Source: an uncultured SAR86 cluster bacterium
GTDB lineage: Bacteria > Pseudomonadota > Gammaproteobacteria > Magnimaribacterales > AG-339-G14
DNA: 64,000 nt
Direction of reading: 5' to 3'
NCBI GenBank assembly: GCA_902589965.1
Contig: CACIUX010000005.1
Location: forward strand, 7,929 to 71,928
The number at the start of each line of letters is the position of its first letter. The first letter of the stretch is position 1. This document shows, one piece after another, positions 18,787 to 29,581 of the stretch. The notes under the pieces were generated by a model that saw only the letters and a program-made list of their open reading frames with translations, had not been told where the DNA came from and made no database searches. The position numbers and the translations under genes were made by a program.

Positions 18787-19974
18787 ATGAATAAGATAAT
18801 ACTAGCTTACTCAGGCGGACTAGATACAACTGTTATCCTTAAATGGTTGCAAGAAAACTATGATGCTGAAGTTATTACGTATACCGCAGATTTAGGGCAA
18901 AAAGACTTAAGAGATGACGTGGAAGATAGAGCTTCACAAGCTGGTGCATCTCATTCAATAGTTGAAGATCTTAAAGATGATTTTGTAAAAAATTACGTTT
19001 TTCCTATGTTCAGAGGGAATGCTATTTACGAAGGTGAATATCTTTTAGGTACTTCAATTGCAAGACCTTTAATCGCCAAAAGGCTCGTTGAAATTGCAAA
19101 AGAGGAGGGAGCTCAGTTCATATCTCATGGGGCTACAGGTAAAGGAAACGATCAGATTAGATTTGAATTAGGAGTTTATGGACTTGCTCCTGAATTGAAA
19201 ATTATTAGCCCTTGGCGTGAGTGGGATCTAGCATCGAGGAAGGATTTAGTTAAATACTGCAATGAAAATCAATTGTCAGTTGAAGAGGGTAGTGAAAACG
19301 AACCTCCTTTTTCAACTGATGAAAATTTATTACATATTTCTTATGAAGGTGGAATCTTAGAAGATATAACCTCGGTACCTCCAGAAAGTATGTGGCGCAA
19401 TACTAAATCAATTGATGATGCGACTGATTCAGGAGAAGAATTTTCCATAGAGTTTGAAAACGGAGATCCTATTGCAGTTAATGATGAAAAGCTTTCTCCT
19501 GCAGAATTATTAACAAAGTTAAATGACATTGGCTCAAGAAACGGCATAGGCAGATTGGATATTGTTGAATCGAGATCTACCGGAATGAAGTCAAGAGGTT
19601 GCTACGAGACGCCTGGTGGTTCGATCTTACTCAAAGCAAGAAGATCAATAGAATCAATCTGTATGGATGGAGAATCAATAAAAACTAAAGACGAACTTAT
19701 AAGTAAATATTCCGGTTTAATTTATGATGGTTTGTGGTGGGCACCTGAAAGGTTTGCAATACAAAGTCTTGTCGATAATTTTTCAAAAAATGTTCAAGGA
19801 CAAATAAAAATATTAGCCAAGAAAGGTAATGTAATCATTTTAAGCAGACGAAGTGATAAATCTTTATATAAAGCAGATTTAGCGAGTTTTGATGAGAAAG
19901 GTGATTTTGATCAGAAAGATGCCGAGGGCTATATTAAGATCAAATCGTTAAGATTAAAAAATAGAGATAATTAA
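18787..19974 (+). CDS. argG: Argininosuccinate synthase
   Basis: LAYSGGLDT, HGATGKGNDQIRFE, GMKSRGCYETPGG. Confidence 0.98.
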   Translation: MNKIILAYSGGLDTTVILKWLQENYDAEVITYTADLGQKDLRDDVEDRASQAGASHSIVEDLKDDFVKNYVFPMFRGNAIYEGEYLLGTSIARPLIAKRLVEIAKEEGAQFISHGATGKGNDQIRFELGVYGLAPELKIISPWREWDLASRKDLVKYCNENQLSVEEGSENEPPFSTDENLLHISYEGGILEDITSVPPESMWRNTKSIDDATDSGEEFSIEFENGDPIAVNDEKLSPAELLTKLNDIGSRNGIGRLDIVESRSTGMKSRGCYETPGGSILLKARRSIESICMDGESIKTKDELISKYSGLIYDGLWWAPERFAIQSLVDNFSKNVQGQIKILAKKGNVIILSRRSDKSLYKADLASFDEKGDFDQKDAEGYIKIKSLRLKNRDN

Positions 19975-20867
19975 GTATCAATTAAAGCTAGTTTCTCCAT
20001 TTCTTTAAACTTCCTAGCCATTCCTATTATTGTTTTTCCGGGACCAGAGTCCGTAATGCTTAAAACTTTGCTTTTATCAAGAAAATCTAAAGTTTCTCTC
20101 CACCTTACAGTTTCACAAAGTTGATTGATCAAATTATCTTTTATTTCATCGATATCAGAAGTTGGAAGCGCAGTAAAATTAGATATTATCGGAACTCTTG
20201 GATCTCTGAATTCTATTTTTTCTAACTCATAGGCTAATTTCTCTTGAGCATCTTTTAGCAAATAACAATGCGATGGCACAGACATATTTACGTATTGCGT
20301 TTTAACTCTTCTTAATTCTTTGCTTTCAAGCAAAGTTTTACATTTTTCAATATTTGCAGTTTCGCCCGCAAGCACACCCATTCCATCAGCAGTATCTGTG
20401 GACAAATTTACTGTGCATCCATCATCAGAAAGTTCTTTTATTAAGGATTGAATATCATCATGATTCATTCCCATGACAACCAGCATTTTAGCTTCACCGG
20501 GTGCAACTGAATTCTGCATTAGCTTTCCTCTAATATGAACTAACTTTATTGCATCTAAAAAATCTAAGCATCCTGAATAAACTAGCGCAGAATATTCACC
20601 GAGAGATAGACCTGCACAGAAATTATAATTGGCTTTATCTGTGAAGTGTTCAGCAAAGGCAATGCTTGAAGCCAAAATAATTGGTTGAGAATATTCTGTT
20701 AAATCAATCAAATTATTTGAATCATCTGAAACTAACTCAACAAGATCAATATCAATAGCATCAGAAGCTTTGATGAATAAATCTTTTGCTTTTTCGCTTG
20801 AACTGAAAAGGCTATCCATCATGCCTACAGTTTGAACTCCCTGACCAGGGAACAAAATAGCATTCAT
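19971..20867 (-). CDS. fabD: Malonyl-CoA:ACP transacylase
   Basis: FPGQG.Q, GLSLGEY, SVPSHC, VRWRE. Confidence 0.93.
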   Translation of the reverse strand: MNAILFPGQGVQTVGMMDSLFSSSEKAKDLFIKASDAIDIDLVELVSDDSNNLIDLTEYSQPIILASSIAFAEHFTDKANYNFCAGLSLGEYSALVYSGCLDFLDAIKLVHIRGKLMQNSVAPGEAKMLVVMGMNHDDIQSLIKELSDDGCTVNLSTDTADGMGVLAGETANIEKCKTLLESKELRRVKTQYVNMSVPSHCYLLKDAQEKLAYELEKIEFRDPRVPIISNFTALPTSDIDEIKDNLINQLCETVRWRETLDFLDKSKVLSITDSGPGKTIIGMARKFKEMEKLALIDT

Positions 20868-21898
20868 GATCCAGAAACTTTAAGTTTTTCTTGCAAACCT
20901 TTATTCGAGGTTGTGTAACCGAAAGGAACTCTCTCACCTGGATTTATTCTTTTAAAGGCTTCTTGTACAGCTAGGGTAGTTTCATGAAACCCGCAAAGGA
21001 TTAGGTCTAATTTTCCAGGATAAGTATTGATATCGCCAACAGCGAAGATGCCTTTTTGATTCGTTTCAAATTTTTCTGTATCTACTTGAACTTTTCTTTC
21101 GTTTAAATCAATCTCCCAATCATTTATTGGCCCAAGTTGCTTACTTAAACCAAAGAAAAATAACGCCTCATCGCAGTTAATAACTTCTGTCTCTTTGGTT
21201 TCAAAATTCATGATTTCTACTCCCTCAAAAGACTTACCACCAACAATAGATTTTATGACAAAAGGAATTTTTAACTCTATTTCACCGCTTGCAACAAAAT
21301 TTCGCATTTTGTTTTCGGTATGTTCTGCGCCTCTAAAATCATCTCTTCTGTGAACAAGTTTTATTGATTTCGCTTTATTTGCTAATTCTACTGACCAATC
21401 TAGTGCACTATCTCCTCCACCAAAAATAACAATATCTTTATCTTTGTATTTGTCTACACTTCTGACTGCATAATCTATTCCTTTGCCTAAAAATTTATCC
21501 GGAGACTCAACAGGGGGTTTTCTAGGTTCAAAAGACCCAGCACCAGCCGCTATAAAAATATTTAGCGTCTTAAAAGAAATTCCATCAGTCGTTTCGGCAA
21601 TCCAATAATCTCCTGACTCTTTAATTTTATCCACTCGTTGATTTAGATGAACTTCGTAATCAAAGGGCTCGATTTGTTTTAAAAGTGAATCTATATGCTC
21701 CTTACCTGTTTGATTTGGTACACCGGGTATGTCGTAAATAGGTTTTTCTGGATAAAGTTCAATGCATTGACCGCCAATTTTATCTAGATTGTCTACAAGA
21801 TGACATTTGAGACCCAGTAATCCTGCCTCAAATACTGTAAATAGTCCTACCGGACCAGCTCCAATAATTAAAATATCTGTTTCAATGCTTTTAGTCAT
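20864..21898 (-). CDS. Ferredoxin--NADP+ reductase, TrxB-type (no CxxC)
   Basis: GAGPVG, GGQC.ELYPEKPIYDIPG, GGGDSALDW, YPGKL.LILCGFHE. Confidence 0.9.
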   Translation of the reverse strand: MTKSIETDILIIGAGPVGLFTVFEAGLLGLKCHLVDNLDKIGGQCIELYPEKPIYDIPGVPNQTGKEHIDSLLKQIEPFDYEVHLNQRVDKIKESGDYWIAETTDGISFKTLNIFIAAGAGSFEPRKPPVESPDKFLGKGIDYAVRSVDKYKDKDIVIFGGGDSALDWSVELANKAKSIKLVHRRDDFRGAEHTENKMRNFVASGEIELKIPFVIKSIVGGKSFEGVEIMNFETKETEVINCDEALFFFGLSKQLGPINDWEIDLNERKVQVDTEKFETNQKGIFAVGDINTYPGKLDLILCGFHETTLAVQEAFKRINPGERVPFGYTTSNKGLQEKLKVSGS

Positions 21899-22230
21899 TA
21901 ACTCACTCTCATCCCTGGTTTTGCACCCTGATCAGGATGCAATATAAATACGCCTTCTTCATCGTTACTTGCAGCAAGAATCATACCCTCAGATACTCCA
22001 AATCGCATCTTCCTAGGCTTTAAATTAGCTACACATATAATTTTTAGACCTATTAATTTTTCTGGATCATAAAATTTTTTAATACCTGCAAATACCGTTC
22101 TTTCTCCTAAATCTCCTAGGTCTAGAATTATTTTTAGGAGTTTATCTGCTTCTTCCACGTTTTCAGCGTTTTTGATCTCAGCAACTCTCAGATCTATTTT
22201 TATAAAATCTTCTATAGAAATTTCATCCAT
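21898..22230 (-). CDS. Stand-alone MetRS C-terminal/Trbp111-like tRNA-binding OB domain
   Basis: [36 protein letters not shown]; own AGAGG SD. Confidence 0.9.
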   Translation of the reverse strand: MDEISIEDFIKIDLRVAEIKNAENVEEADKLLKIILDLGDLGERTVFAGIKKFYDPEKLIGLKIICVANLKPRKMRFGVSEGMILAASNDEEGVFILHPDQGAKPGMRVS

Positions 22231-23875
22231 TTGAACCTCTTTGAATAAGTGCTTCTAATTTCTCATCTTCTAATCTATTAAGGATAGGAGAAAAAGAATC
22301 TAATTTATGATTTGTTAAAGGAGTGTCAATATCATCGATCGAGCCGCTTTTTTTGTTTAGAAAACTTTCTCCTTTAGAGCATGTGTCTGGAATCACTATC
22401 TTGAGATAAGTGTTTATAACTCTAAATAGATTTATTGTGGTGCTCGCAATCTTGATAACCTCATCCCTGTTTTTTTCATCTCTAGCTAAAATCCAAGGTT
22501 TTTTTTCATCCACATATGCATTTGCTGAATCAGCTAATTTCATGATTTCTTTAATTGCCTTTGAGTATTCAAGGTCTGCAAAAAGATTAATAATTTCATT
22601 TTTTGATGAAATAAAATTTTCATAAAATTCGCGATCGATACTATTTCCTATCTGATTATCATTCTTTTTTAAAAATCCTGCTGATCTACTAGCAATATTC
22701 ACAAATTTTCCGACCAAATCAGAGTTAACCTTTTTTTGGAAGTCATCATAATTAAGATCAATATCATCAATGGAAGGCGATAACTTTGATGCCAAGTAAT
22801 ATCTTATATAGTCAGCATCAAGAATATCTAAGTAATCTCTCATACTTAAAAAATTACCTTTTGACTTAGACATTTTTGCTCCGTTCAAGCCTAAGAAACC
22901 ATGAACAAAAACATTGGATGGTTTTTTAAATTTAGAAGTTTCTAGTAAAGCTGGCCAAAATAAGGCGTGGAAATTCATGATATCTTTTCCAATAAAATGA
23001 TAAATTTCTGTATTGGCAGTTTCCGACCAAATTTCTTCTGCAGACTCATCACTTTTTGCTCTTAAATGATTTTCAAGACTGGCTATGTACCCGATAGGGG
23101 CATCAAGCCAGACATAAAAGTACTTCCCTGGCATATCAGGAATTTCAAATCCAAAATAAGGCGAATCTCTACTAATATCCCAATCTTTTAGACCTTGCTG
23201 AAACCATTCTTCAAGTTTATTTTTAACTGCTTCCTGAAGAGGTGTAGCTTTCATCCAATTTGCCACTTTAGTTTCTAACTTTGATAATTTAAAAAAAACA
23301 TGCTCACTAGTTTTTACTACTGGCTTTTGACCGCTGATTATTGACACTGGATTAATTAATTCAGCGGCTTCATATTTTGCACCACAGATTTCACAATTAT
23401 CTCCATACTGATCTTCAGCGGAACATTTTGGACAAGTACCTTTAACATACCTATCTGAGAGAAATAAGCCTGCACTCTCGTCAAAAAGTTGTTCGATCTG
23501 TTTACTTTCAATGAATCCAGATTCTTTTGCTTTGTTATAAATCAATTCACTGAAGTATTTATTTTCTTCACTATGAGTCGTATAAAAATTATCGTGAGAA
23601 ATATTGAATGATCCCAAGTCTTTCATGTGAGAGGATCTGAATTCTTCAACCATTTTTTCAGGTTCAGTCGCTAATTCCTTAGCTCTTAGCATGATAGGAG
23701 TACCATGAGCATCGCTCGCACAAACATAGTGACAAGTAATGTTGTTTGATCTAAGCAACCTTACCCAGATATCTGTTTGTACATGCTCTAAGAGATGTCC
23801 TATGTGCAAGTCACCATTTGCATAGGGCAAAGCACTCGTAATAATTACACGGTTGTTTTTTTCAGGAAGAGGCAT
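22223..23875 (-). CDS. metG: Methionine--tRNA ligase (catalytic and anticodon-binding domains)
   Basis: [13 protein letters not shown] (HIGH), KMSKS, Zn knuckle CPKC/CEIC. Confidence 0.98.
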   Translation of the reverse strand: MPLPEKNNRVIITSALPYANGDLHIGHLLEHVQTDIWVRLLRSNNITCHYVCASDAHGTPIMLRAKELATEPEKMVEEFRSSHMKDLGSFNISHDNFYTTHSEENKYFSELIYNKAKESGFIESKQIEQLFDESAGLFLSDRYVKGTCPKCSAEDQYGDNCEICGAKYEAAELINPVSIISGQKPVVKTSEHVFFKLSKLETKVANWMKATPLQEAVKNKLEEWFQQGLKDWDISRDSPYFGFEIPDMPGKYFYVWLDAPIGYIASLENHLRAKSDESAEEIWSETANTEIYHFIGKDIMNFHALFWPALLETSKFKKPSNVFVHGFLGLNGAKMSKSKGNFLSMRDYLDILDADYIRYYLASKLSPSIDDIDLNYDDFQKKVNSDLVGKFVNIASRSAGFLKKNDNQIGNSIDREFYENFISSKNEIINLFADLEYSKAIKEIMKLADSANAYVDEKKPWILARDEKNRDEVIKIASTTINLFRVINTYLKIVIPDTCSKGESFLNKKSGSIDDIDTPLTNHKLDSFSPILNRLEDEKLEALIQRGSNG

Positions 23876-23886
23876 ATGCTTACGAA

Positions 23887-24612
23887 ATGGTTATTCTGTA
23901 TATCAAAAGATTGAGTGCTATTTTAGCACTTTTCTTTCTATTTATAGGGTGTGCCGCCTCTCCCGAATTAAGAGATTCTCTAGATCCTTATGAAGAGCAA
24001 AATAGAAAAGTTCATGAATTCAATGAGAGGGTAATAGAAAATTTAATTGAACCTGTTACAGGAGCATATGTAGAAGCAACTCCACCATTTGTTCGAGATC
24101 GTATTACAGATTTTTTTGAAAATATTGATGACGTAAAGTCAGGCTTAAATAATATTTTGCAAGAGAACTTTTCTAAAGCATTAAATGATTTCGGAAGATT
24201 TATTTTCAATACAACTTTTGGAATTTTTGGTCTCTTTGATGTTGCTACTCCAATGGGATTTGATAAGAACGATGAAGATTTTGGACAGACACTTGGAAAA
24301 TGGGGTGTTGAATCTGGTCCTTATATAGTTTTACCTTTTCTAGGTCCAACTACTGTGAGGGATGGTTTATCCAGAGGAATAGATTCTGTTATATCTCCTT
24401 TAGCTGTAGCTGATGATCATCCAACTACATCAGGTTTATTGACTGGATTAAATATCCTTAATCAAACAACTGTTTTACTTGAGCTAGACAATTTTGTCAG
24501 CGGAGATAAATACATATTTTTCAGAGACGCATACTTACAGCGTAGAAAATATGAAATCAGTGACGGAGAAATTGATGCTGATGACTTCGTTGATGAATTT
24601 GAAGATTTTTAA
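23887..24612 (+). CDS. mlaA: VacJ/MlaA lipoprotein
   Basis: Lipobox FIGC, DPYE..NR, EDFGQTLGKWGV.SGPY.VLPFLGP.T.RD. Confidence 0.95.
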   Translation: MVILYIKRLSAILALFFLFIGCAASPELRDSLDPYEEQNRKVHEFNERVIENLIEPVTGAYVEATPPFVRDRITDFFENIDDVKSGLNNILQENFSKALNDFGRFIFNTTFGIFGLFDVATPMGFDKNDEDFGQTLGKWGVESGPYIVLPFLGPTTVRDGLSRGIDSVISPLAVADDHPTTSGLLTGLNILNQTTVLLELDNFVSGDKYIFFRDAYLQRRKYEISDGEIDADDFVDEFEDF

Positions 24613-25850
24613 TCTTCGAAGGCTCCATAGACCATAGCTTGCATTTGTCCTCTGAACGGAAAAGTTGTTGAGGGCCTTAATTGGGTCATAAAAATACCTA
24701 ACAAATTCTCCTTTGGATCTATCCAGAAGAAGGTACTTGCCATACCACCCCAATTATAGGAACCCGCGGTTCCAGAGATTTGTGTGGCAGCTTGATCGAC
24801 GGTTACAGCCATACTCAAACCATAACCCATTCCTTGGTAACGTACCTCAGAAAATCCTCCTCCAGCATTCATGTCTAACAAAGTTTTATTGTCCGGAAGG
24901 TGATTCATAGTCATCAATTCAACAGTTTTTCTTGAGAGTATTCTTTTGCCATTTAATTCACCGCCATTTAAAAGCATCTGACTGAACTTAAAATAATCTT
25001 CTATGGTAGATGCGAGACCACTCCCACCACCTTTGTAAACTTTATCTATTAACATGTTGCTTTCATTTCCAGAGGGATCTTCTAAGACTAATTTTTTTTC
25101 TGGTGTTCTCCAATACAAAGCTGTCAATCTATCTGCATCCTTTTTAGGCACAATAAATCCTGTATCCTTCATACCTAAGGGATCAAATATGTTTTCTTTA
25201 AAGTAATCATCTATTTTCTCCCCTGATATGACTTCAACAATTCTTGCGCAAACATCTATGGAAACGCTGTAAAGCCAGCCTTCGCCAGGCGAAAATTGAA
25301 GAGGAAGGGTAGCTAAAGTTTCGCATACATCTTTTAAATCCAGAGAACGTCTTTCTCTATCTGGCAGTAATTCATCAAATACATGTCTGTAGGCACTATC
25401 TAAGTGATTTTCAAAATTAATTGAATAGCTGAGACCAGAGGTATGGGTTAATAAATCTCGGATGGTCATTTCTCTGTTCACTGGTCTGGTATCAAAAGCT
25501 GGATAGATTCCACTTATATAAACTGATTGATTTTTAAATTCAGGAAGAAATTTACTAACTGGGTCTGCCAGATGAAAGTAACCTTTTTCATACAACTGCA
25601 TTAAGGCAACTCCAGTTACAGGTTTCGTCATTGAATAGATTCTAAAAATCGAGTCATCTTCCATCTTAAGATTTTGTTCAATATCTCTTAAACCTTGAGA
25701 GTGACAATGAACAATTTCTTCATTTCTTGCTACTAGGGTTTGCGTTCCGGATATTTTTCCTGTTGATATGTATCTATCCATGAAAAGTTCATCCATGAAC
25801 TGGAGTTTTTCCTTGGATAAATTGTGTTTGTTTGGATTAACTATTTTCAT
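24609..25850 (-). CDS. Beta-lactamase-family serine hydrolase
   Basis: IYSMTK (SxxK), LLTHTSGLSY, WGG..STFFWIDP. Confidence 0.93.
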   Translation of the reverse strand: MKIVNPNKHNLSKEKLQFMDELFMDRYISTGKISGTQTLVARNEEIVHCHSQGLRDIEQNLKMEDDSIFRIYSMTKPVTGVALMQLYEKGYFHLADPVSKFLPEFKNQSVYISGIYPAFDTRPVNREMTIRDLLTHTSGLSYSINFENHLDSAYRHVFDELLPDRERRSLDLKDVCETLATLPLQFSPGEGWLYSVSIDVCARIVEVISGEKIDDYFKENIFDPLGMKDTGFIVPKKDADRLTALYWRTPEKKLVLEDPSGNESNMLIDKVYKGGGSGLASTIEDYFKFSQMLLNGGELNGKRILSRKTVELMTMNHLPDNKTLLDMNAGGGFSEVRYQGMGYGLSMAVTVDQAATQISGTAGSYNWGGMASTFFWIDPKENLLGIFMTQLRPSTTFPFRGQMQAMVYGAFED

Positions 25851-26283
25851 TATTTTCCTTTTGATTTAATTTGGCATTTATAAAATCTTTATGATTGAGG
25901 TATAAAAGATCAGCAATTCTTCTTATCAGATGCTCCTCATGCTTATCCATTTCACCATCTGCAAACGCAATTGCCCAAACTGAATTAAGGACTTCTTTTT
26001 TTTGATCGTAATCAAGTTGATCGTTAAGTATTCTCGTGTGTTCATAAAAAGAAATTGATTCTTTAGACTTAGCAAGAGTTGCATCAACAATTTCTTGTAT
26101 CTCCTCTTTTTCAATATCTAATTTACTGAGGGAATTTGCCATTGCTTTTAATTCAGATTCATCTAGTTGATCATCAGCATAAGCAACTTCTATCATTAAT
26201 GAGCAAATTGATTTTTGAATGCTGCTATCTTTACTTTCTTCTTCAATCTCTTTTGTTTTAAATAAATTTTTGAAAAGTTTCAT
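25837..26283 (-). CDS. TerB-family protein
   Basis: EVAYADDQLDESE and AFADGEMDKHEEHLIRRIADLL motifs. Confidence 0.9.
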   Translation of the reverse strand: MKLFKNLFKTKEIEEESKDSSIQKSICSLMIEVAYADDQLDESELKAMANSLSKLDIEKEEIQEIVDATLAKSKESISFYEHTRILNDQLDYDQKKEVLNSVWAIAFADGEMDKHEEHLIRRIADLLYLNHKDFINAKLNQKENNENS

Positions 26284-27239
26284 GCGACTAATAAATGTTT
26301 TTTCTTCAGTATTCTTATTATCTCATCTACGTTCAGGTTATCCGACATAATTATTTGCCTAATTTTTTTTGAATAACTAAAACCTTTAAAAAAATTTACC
26401 ATATGCCTTTTAATCAAATAGCCTGAGAATCCTAAATTTTGATTTTCTATCAAATATTTTTCCATCATCATTACAAGAGTTTCAATATCAGTTTCATTGC
26501 TAGATTGATAAAAAATTTTATCTACTTTTGTTAATTCATAAGGTTTTTCACAGACATATCTTCCGTACATCAAACCATCTACCATTTTTAATTTATTTTT
26601 ATCTTCTAGAAAGTTAGATAAACCTCCGTTAAGTATTATTTCAATTTCTGGAAAATCTTCTTTTAATCGATAGACTCTTTCATAGTTAAGCGGCGGAATA
26701 TTTCTATTTTCTTTTGGATTTAACCCCTCAAGCATTCCTTTTCTAGCGTGCACATACAGAGTTTTTATTCCTGATTGCAAAATTATTGCAATGAAATTAT
26801 CTAAAGTATCTTCAATATCTTGATTATCTACTCCTAATCTAATTTTTGCTGTTATCGGTATATCTGAAGATGCAGTCATAGCAGAAAGGCAATCTCTTAC
26901 TTTAGTTGGTTCGTACATGAGAAATGCTCCAAAACCTCCTGATTTCACCCTTGGGCTGGGGCAACCAACATTCAAATTAATTTCATCGTATTTGTTTTCA
27001 TTAATTATCTTAGTTGCTTCTGCAAGATCCTTTGGTTCACAGCCTCCAAGCTGGAAGACAACTGGGTTTTCTATATCAGTTTTTTGGATGTATTTATCTA
27101 TTCGTTTGTTTTTCAAAAGGGCATTGGAATGCACCATTTCTGTGAATAAAACAGCATGTTTTGAAGCGAACCTACAAAGATTTCTAAAATGCGTATCAGT
27201 TCTTCCCATCATTGGGGCGATACAAAAGGTTCTATCCAT
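26280..27239 (-). CDS. dusA: tRNA dihydrouridine synthase A
   Basis: APMM..TD.H.R, NLNVGCPS.RV, VHARK, ENR.IPPL.Y. Confidence 0.93.
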   Translation of the reverse strand: MDRTFCIAPMMGRTDTHFRNLCRFASKHAVLFTEMVHSNALLKNKRIDKYIQKTDIENPVVFQLGGCEPKDLAEATKIINENKYDEINLNVGCPSPRVKSGGFGAFLMYEPTKVRDCLSAMTASSDIPITAKIRLGVDNQDIEDTLDNFIAIILQSGIKTLYVHARKGMLEGLNPKENRNIPPLNYERVYRLKEDFPEIEIILNGGLSNFLEDKNKLKMVDGLMYGRYVCEKPYELTKVDKIFYQSSNETDIETLVMMMEKYLIENQNLGFSGYLIKRHMVNFFKGFSYSKKIRQIIMSDNLNVDEIIRILKKKHLLVA

Positions 27240-28747
27240 TAAAAGTAATAAAAAATTGCTGTTAATCCAACAGAGCTCAATACGATTGTATAAGGAAGAG
27301 CCAGCTTGACCATTCTTAAATAAGACAGACCAATTAGTGGAGCCACTGATGATGTTAGCAAGAAGAGAAAAGCTGCTTGTCCGTTTGGAGTAGCAACACT
27401 TGGTAAGTTTGTACCGGTATTTATCGCAACAGCTAACGCATCAAATTGATCTCTGCTGATTTCTCCAGAATCTAATGCAGCTTTAATTTCGTTGATATAA
27501 ATAGTAGCAACAAAAACATTGTCACTAATCATGGATAAAATTCCATTTGCTATAAAAAACAGAGGTGCTTGAAGTGCCAAGGCTTGAAGAAACACATAAT
27601 CAATAACAGGCTTAAATAAATGTTGATCGTGTATAACTGCAACCACAGCAAAAAAAACAACCAGCAGGGCTGTGAAAGGAAGAGCTTCCTCGAAGGCTTT
27701 TCCTAATTCTTTTTCTTCAATGATCCCTGTAAATGAAGTCAAAAGTATAATGATCATCAAACCTATAAGACCAACAGCAGCAATACTAAATGCCAACGAG
27801 AACATAAGGATTAATCCAACGATTAGTTGAACGAGAAGTTTGGCTTTAACTTGATCTGTTAAGTTAGCTGTTTGATCATCATCAAATGCTTGAAGTATAT
27901 CTCTGACTCTTTCTGGGAGTTGAGCGCCGTATCCAAAAACCTTAAATCTTTCTAAAAATAATGTAGTGAACAAGCCAGCGATTAAAACAGGCATTGAAAT
28001 TGGAGCCATCCTCATAAAAAATTCTATAAAGTCCCATTCGGCAATGGATGCAATAAGAAGATTTTGTGGCTCTCCTACAATAGTACAAACGCCACCAAGA
28101 GCTGTTCCCACGGCTCCGTGCATTAGTAGGTTACAAAGAAAGAGTTTAAATTTTTCTAAATTAATTGATTCATTATCGTCTAGATGAGAATCATCGTTTA
28201 AATCATGTTCATCTAAATAATCTTTTCCAGATGCCGCTTGGTGGTAAACAGTATAAAAACCAACGGCGACGGATATTAAAACTGCTGTTACGGTTAAGGC
28301 ATCAAGAAAAGCTGATAAAAAAGCGGCAGCGAAGACAAAAAGAAGAGATACAGTTGTCTTGTTTTTTACTTTCAATAAAAGCTTAGTAAAAATAAAAAGA
28401 AGCAAGTCCTTCATAAAAAATATTCCAGCAACCATGAACATAAGCAATAGAATTACTTTTAGGTTTAGAGAAATTTCGTAATAAACTTGACTGGTTGTAG
28501 TGAGCCCTAAAATAACTGCCTGCAGTGCAATTAGTCCTCCAGGAGGAAGAGGGTGACATTTAAAAGTCATGGCAAGTGTAAAAATAAATTCCGCAAGAAT
28601 AACCCAGCCTAAAATAGTCCCAGCAGGCAAGGACATTGCAATACAAATGAAGTAAAGAATTGGATTTATAACTAAAAAGGCTAGAATGGTCTGCTTATAC
28701 CAATCAGGAGCATGACCAAGAAAGTTCTTAAAAATTGCTGAGGACAT
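27239..28747 (-). CDS. nhaB: Na+/H+ antiporter NhaB
   Basis: [40 protein letters not shown]. Confidence 0.97.
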   Translation of the reverse strand: MSSAIFKNFLGHAPDWYKQTILAFLVINPILYFICIAMSLPAGTILGWVILAEFIFTLAMTFKCHPLPPGGLIALQAVILGLTTTSQVYYEISLNLKVILLLMFMVAGIFFMKDLLLFIFTKLLLKVKNKTTVSLLFVFAAAFLSAFLDALTVTAVLISVAVGFYTVYHQAASGKDYLDEHDLNDDSHLDDNESINLEKFKLFLCNLLMHGAVGTALGGVCTIVGEPQNLLIASIAEWDFIEFFMRMAPISMPVLIAGLFTTLFLERFKVFGYGAQLPERVRDILQAFDDDQTANLTDQVKAKLLVQLIVGLILMFSLAFSIAAVGLIGLMIIILLTSFTGIIEEKELGKAFEEALPFTALLVVFFAVVAVIHDQHLFKPVIDYVFLQALALQAPLFFIANGILSMISDNVFVATIYINEIKAALDSGEISRDQFDALAVAINTGTNLPSVATPNGQAAFLFLLTSSVAPLIGLSYLRMVKLALPYTIVLSSVGLTAIFYYF

Positions 28748-28758
28748 AGTTTTTTTGT

Positions 28759-29580
28759 ATGAATATTTTTACGCCGGCTAATTTTATAGATGATACGTCC
28801 AAAGAGTCAAAGTACTTTCCTGTATATAATTCAAAGTTATTACACTTTTTAAAAGAATCTTCGGTCCGACCAGCTACTGAGGATGAAATGAAATGGTCAG
28901 GTCTTGAAGAAAAGAGTAGACACTTTATTGGATATTTAGATGACGCAGCTCTTTATGCTGTCTCTGTCTCAAACGAACAAACAATGATTCCAGATACAAC
29001 TTTTACTGATTTAAGAGCTTTATTTCCTGTCATGAACATGCATCTATTCGAGGCCATCTCTAGAGCATTTCAGATAGTCAACTGGTCAGACTCCAATAGA
29101 TATTGTGGTTTTTGTGGATCAGAATTACATCATGATGAAAAAGAAAGGGCTATGAAATGTCATAATTGTCATGCGCCTTTAGTTTATCCAAAAATTTCTC
29201 CATGCATAATTACCTTAATTCATAAAGATAAAAGCATCTTATTGGCTCACAACAAAAATTTTCCAGTGAATCTCTACAGCACCATTGCTGGCTTTATTGA
29301 GGCCGGAGAAAGCGCCGAGGCCTGCTTAAAGAGAGAAGTTAAAGAAGAAGTTGGAATAGAGGTTCACAATATTAAATATTTTCAAAGTCAGTCTTGGCCT
29401 TTTCCGGGCCAATTAATGCTTGGATATTTTGCTGAATATAAATCCGGAGAGATAACCCCAGATAACGATGAGATAGATGATGCTCAATGGTTTGAAGTTG
29501 ATAATTTACCTAATACTCCACCACCAGGCGTATCTATTTCAGGTGATTTAATTCAACATTTCCTTAATAGTCTCAAATAA
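28759..29580 (+). CDS. nudC: NADH pyrophosphatase / NAD-cap decapping enzyme
   Basis: Zn ribbon CGFC..CHNC, Nudix box [27 protein letters not shown]. Confidence 0.96.
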   Translation: MNIFTPANFIDDTSKESKYFPVYNSKLLHFLKESSVRPATEDEMKWSGLEEKSRHFIGYLDDAALYAVSVSNEQTMIPDTTFTDLRALFPVMNMHLFEAISRAFQIVNWSDSNRYCGFCGSELHHDEKERAMKCHNCHAPLVYPKISPCIITLIHKDKSILLAHNKNFPVNLYSTIAGFIEAGESAEACLKREVKEEVGIEVHNIKYFQSQSWPFPGQLMLGYFAEYKSGEITPDNDEIDDAQWFEVDNLPNTPPPGVSISGDLIQHFLNSLK

Positions 29581-29581
29581 A

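Noticed and set aside
13714-25850. Two beta-lactamase-fold genes as antibiotic resistance genes
   Set aside because: Cytoplasmic, family VIII esterase-like motifs; no signal peptides.
26917-27309. 130-aa plus-strand ORF and the many other 60-113 aa ORFs nested in or antisense to real genes
   Set aside because: Shadow frames of well-supported CDSs, with no motifs or translation signals.
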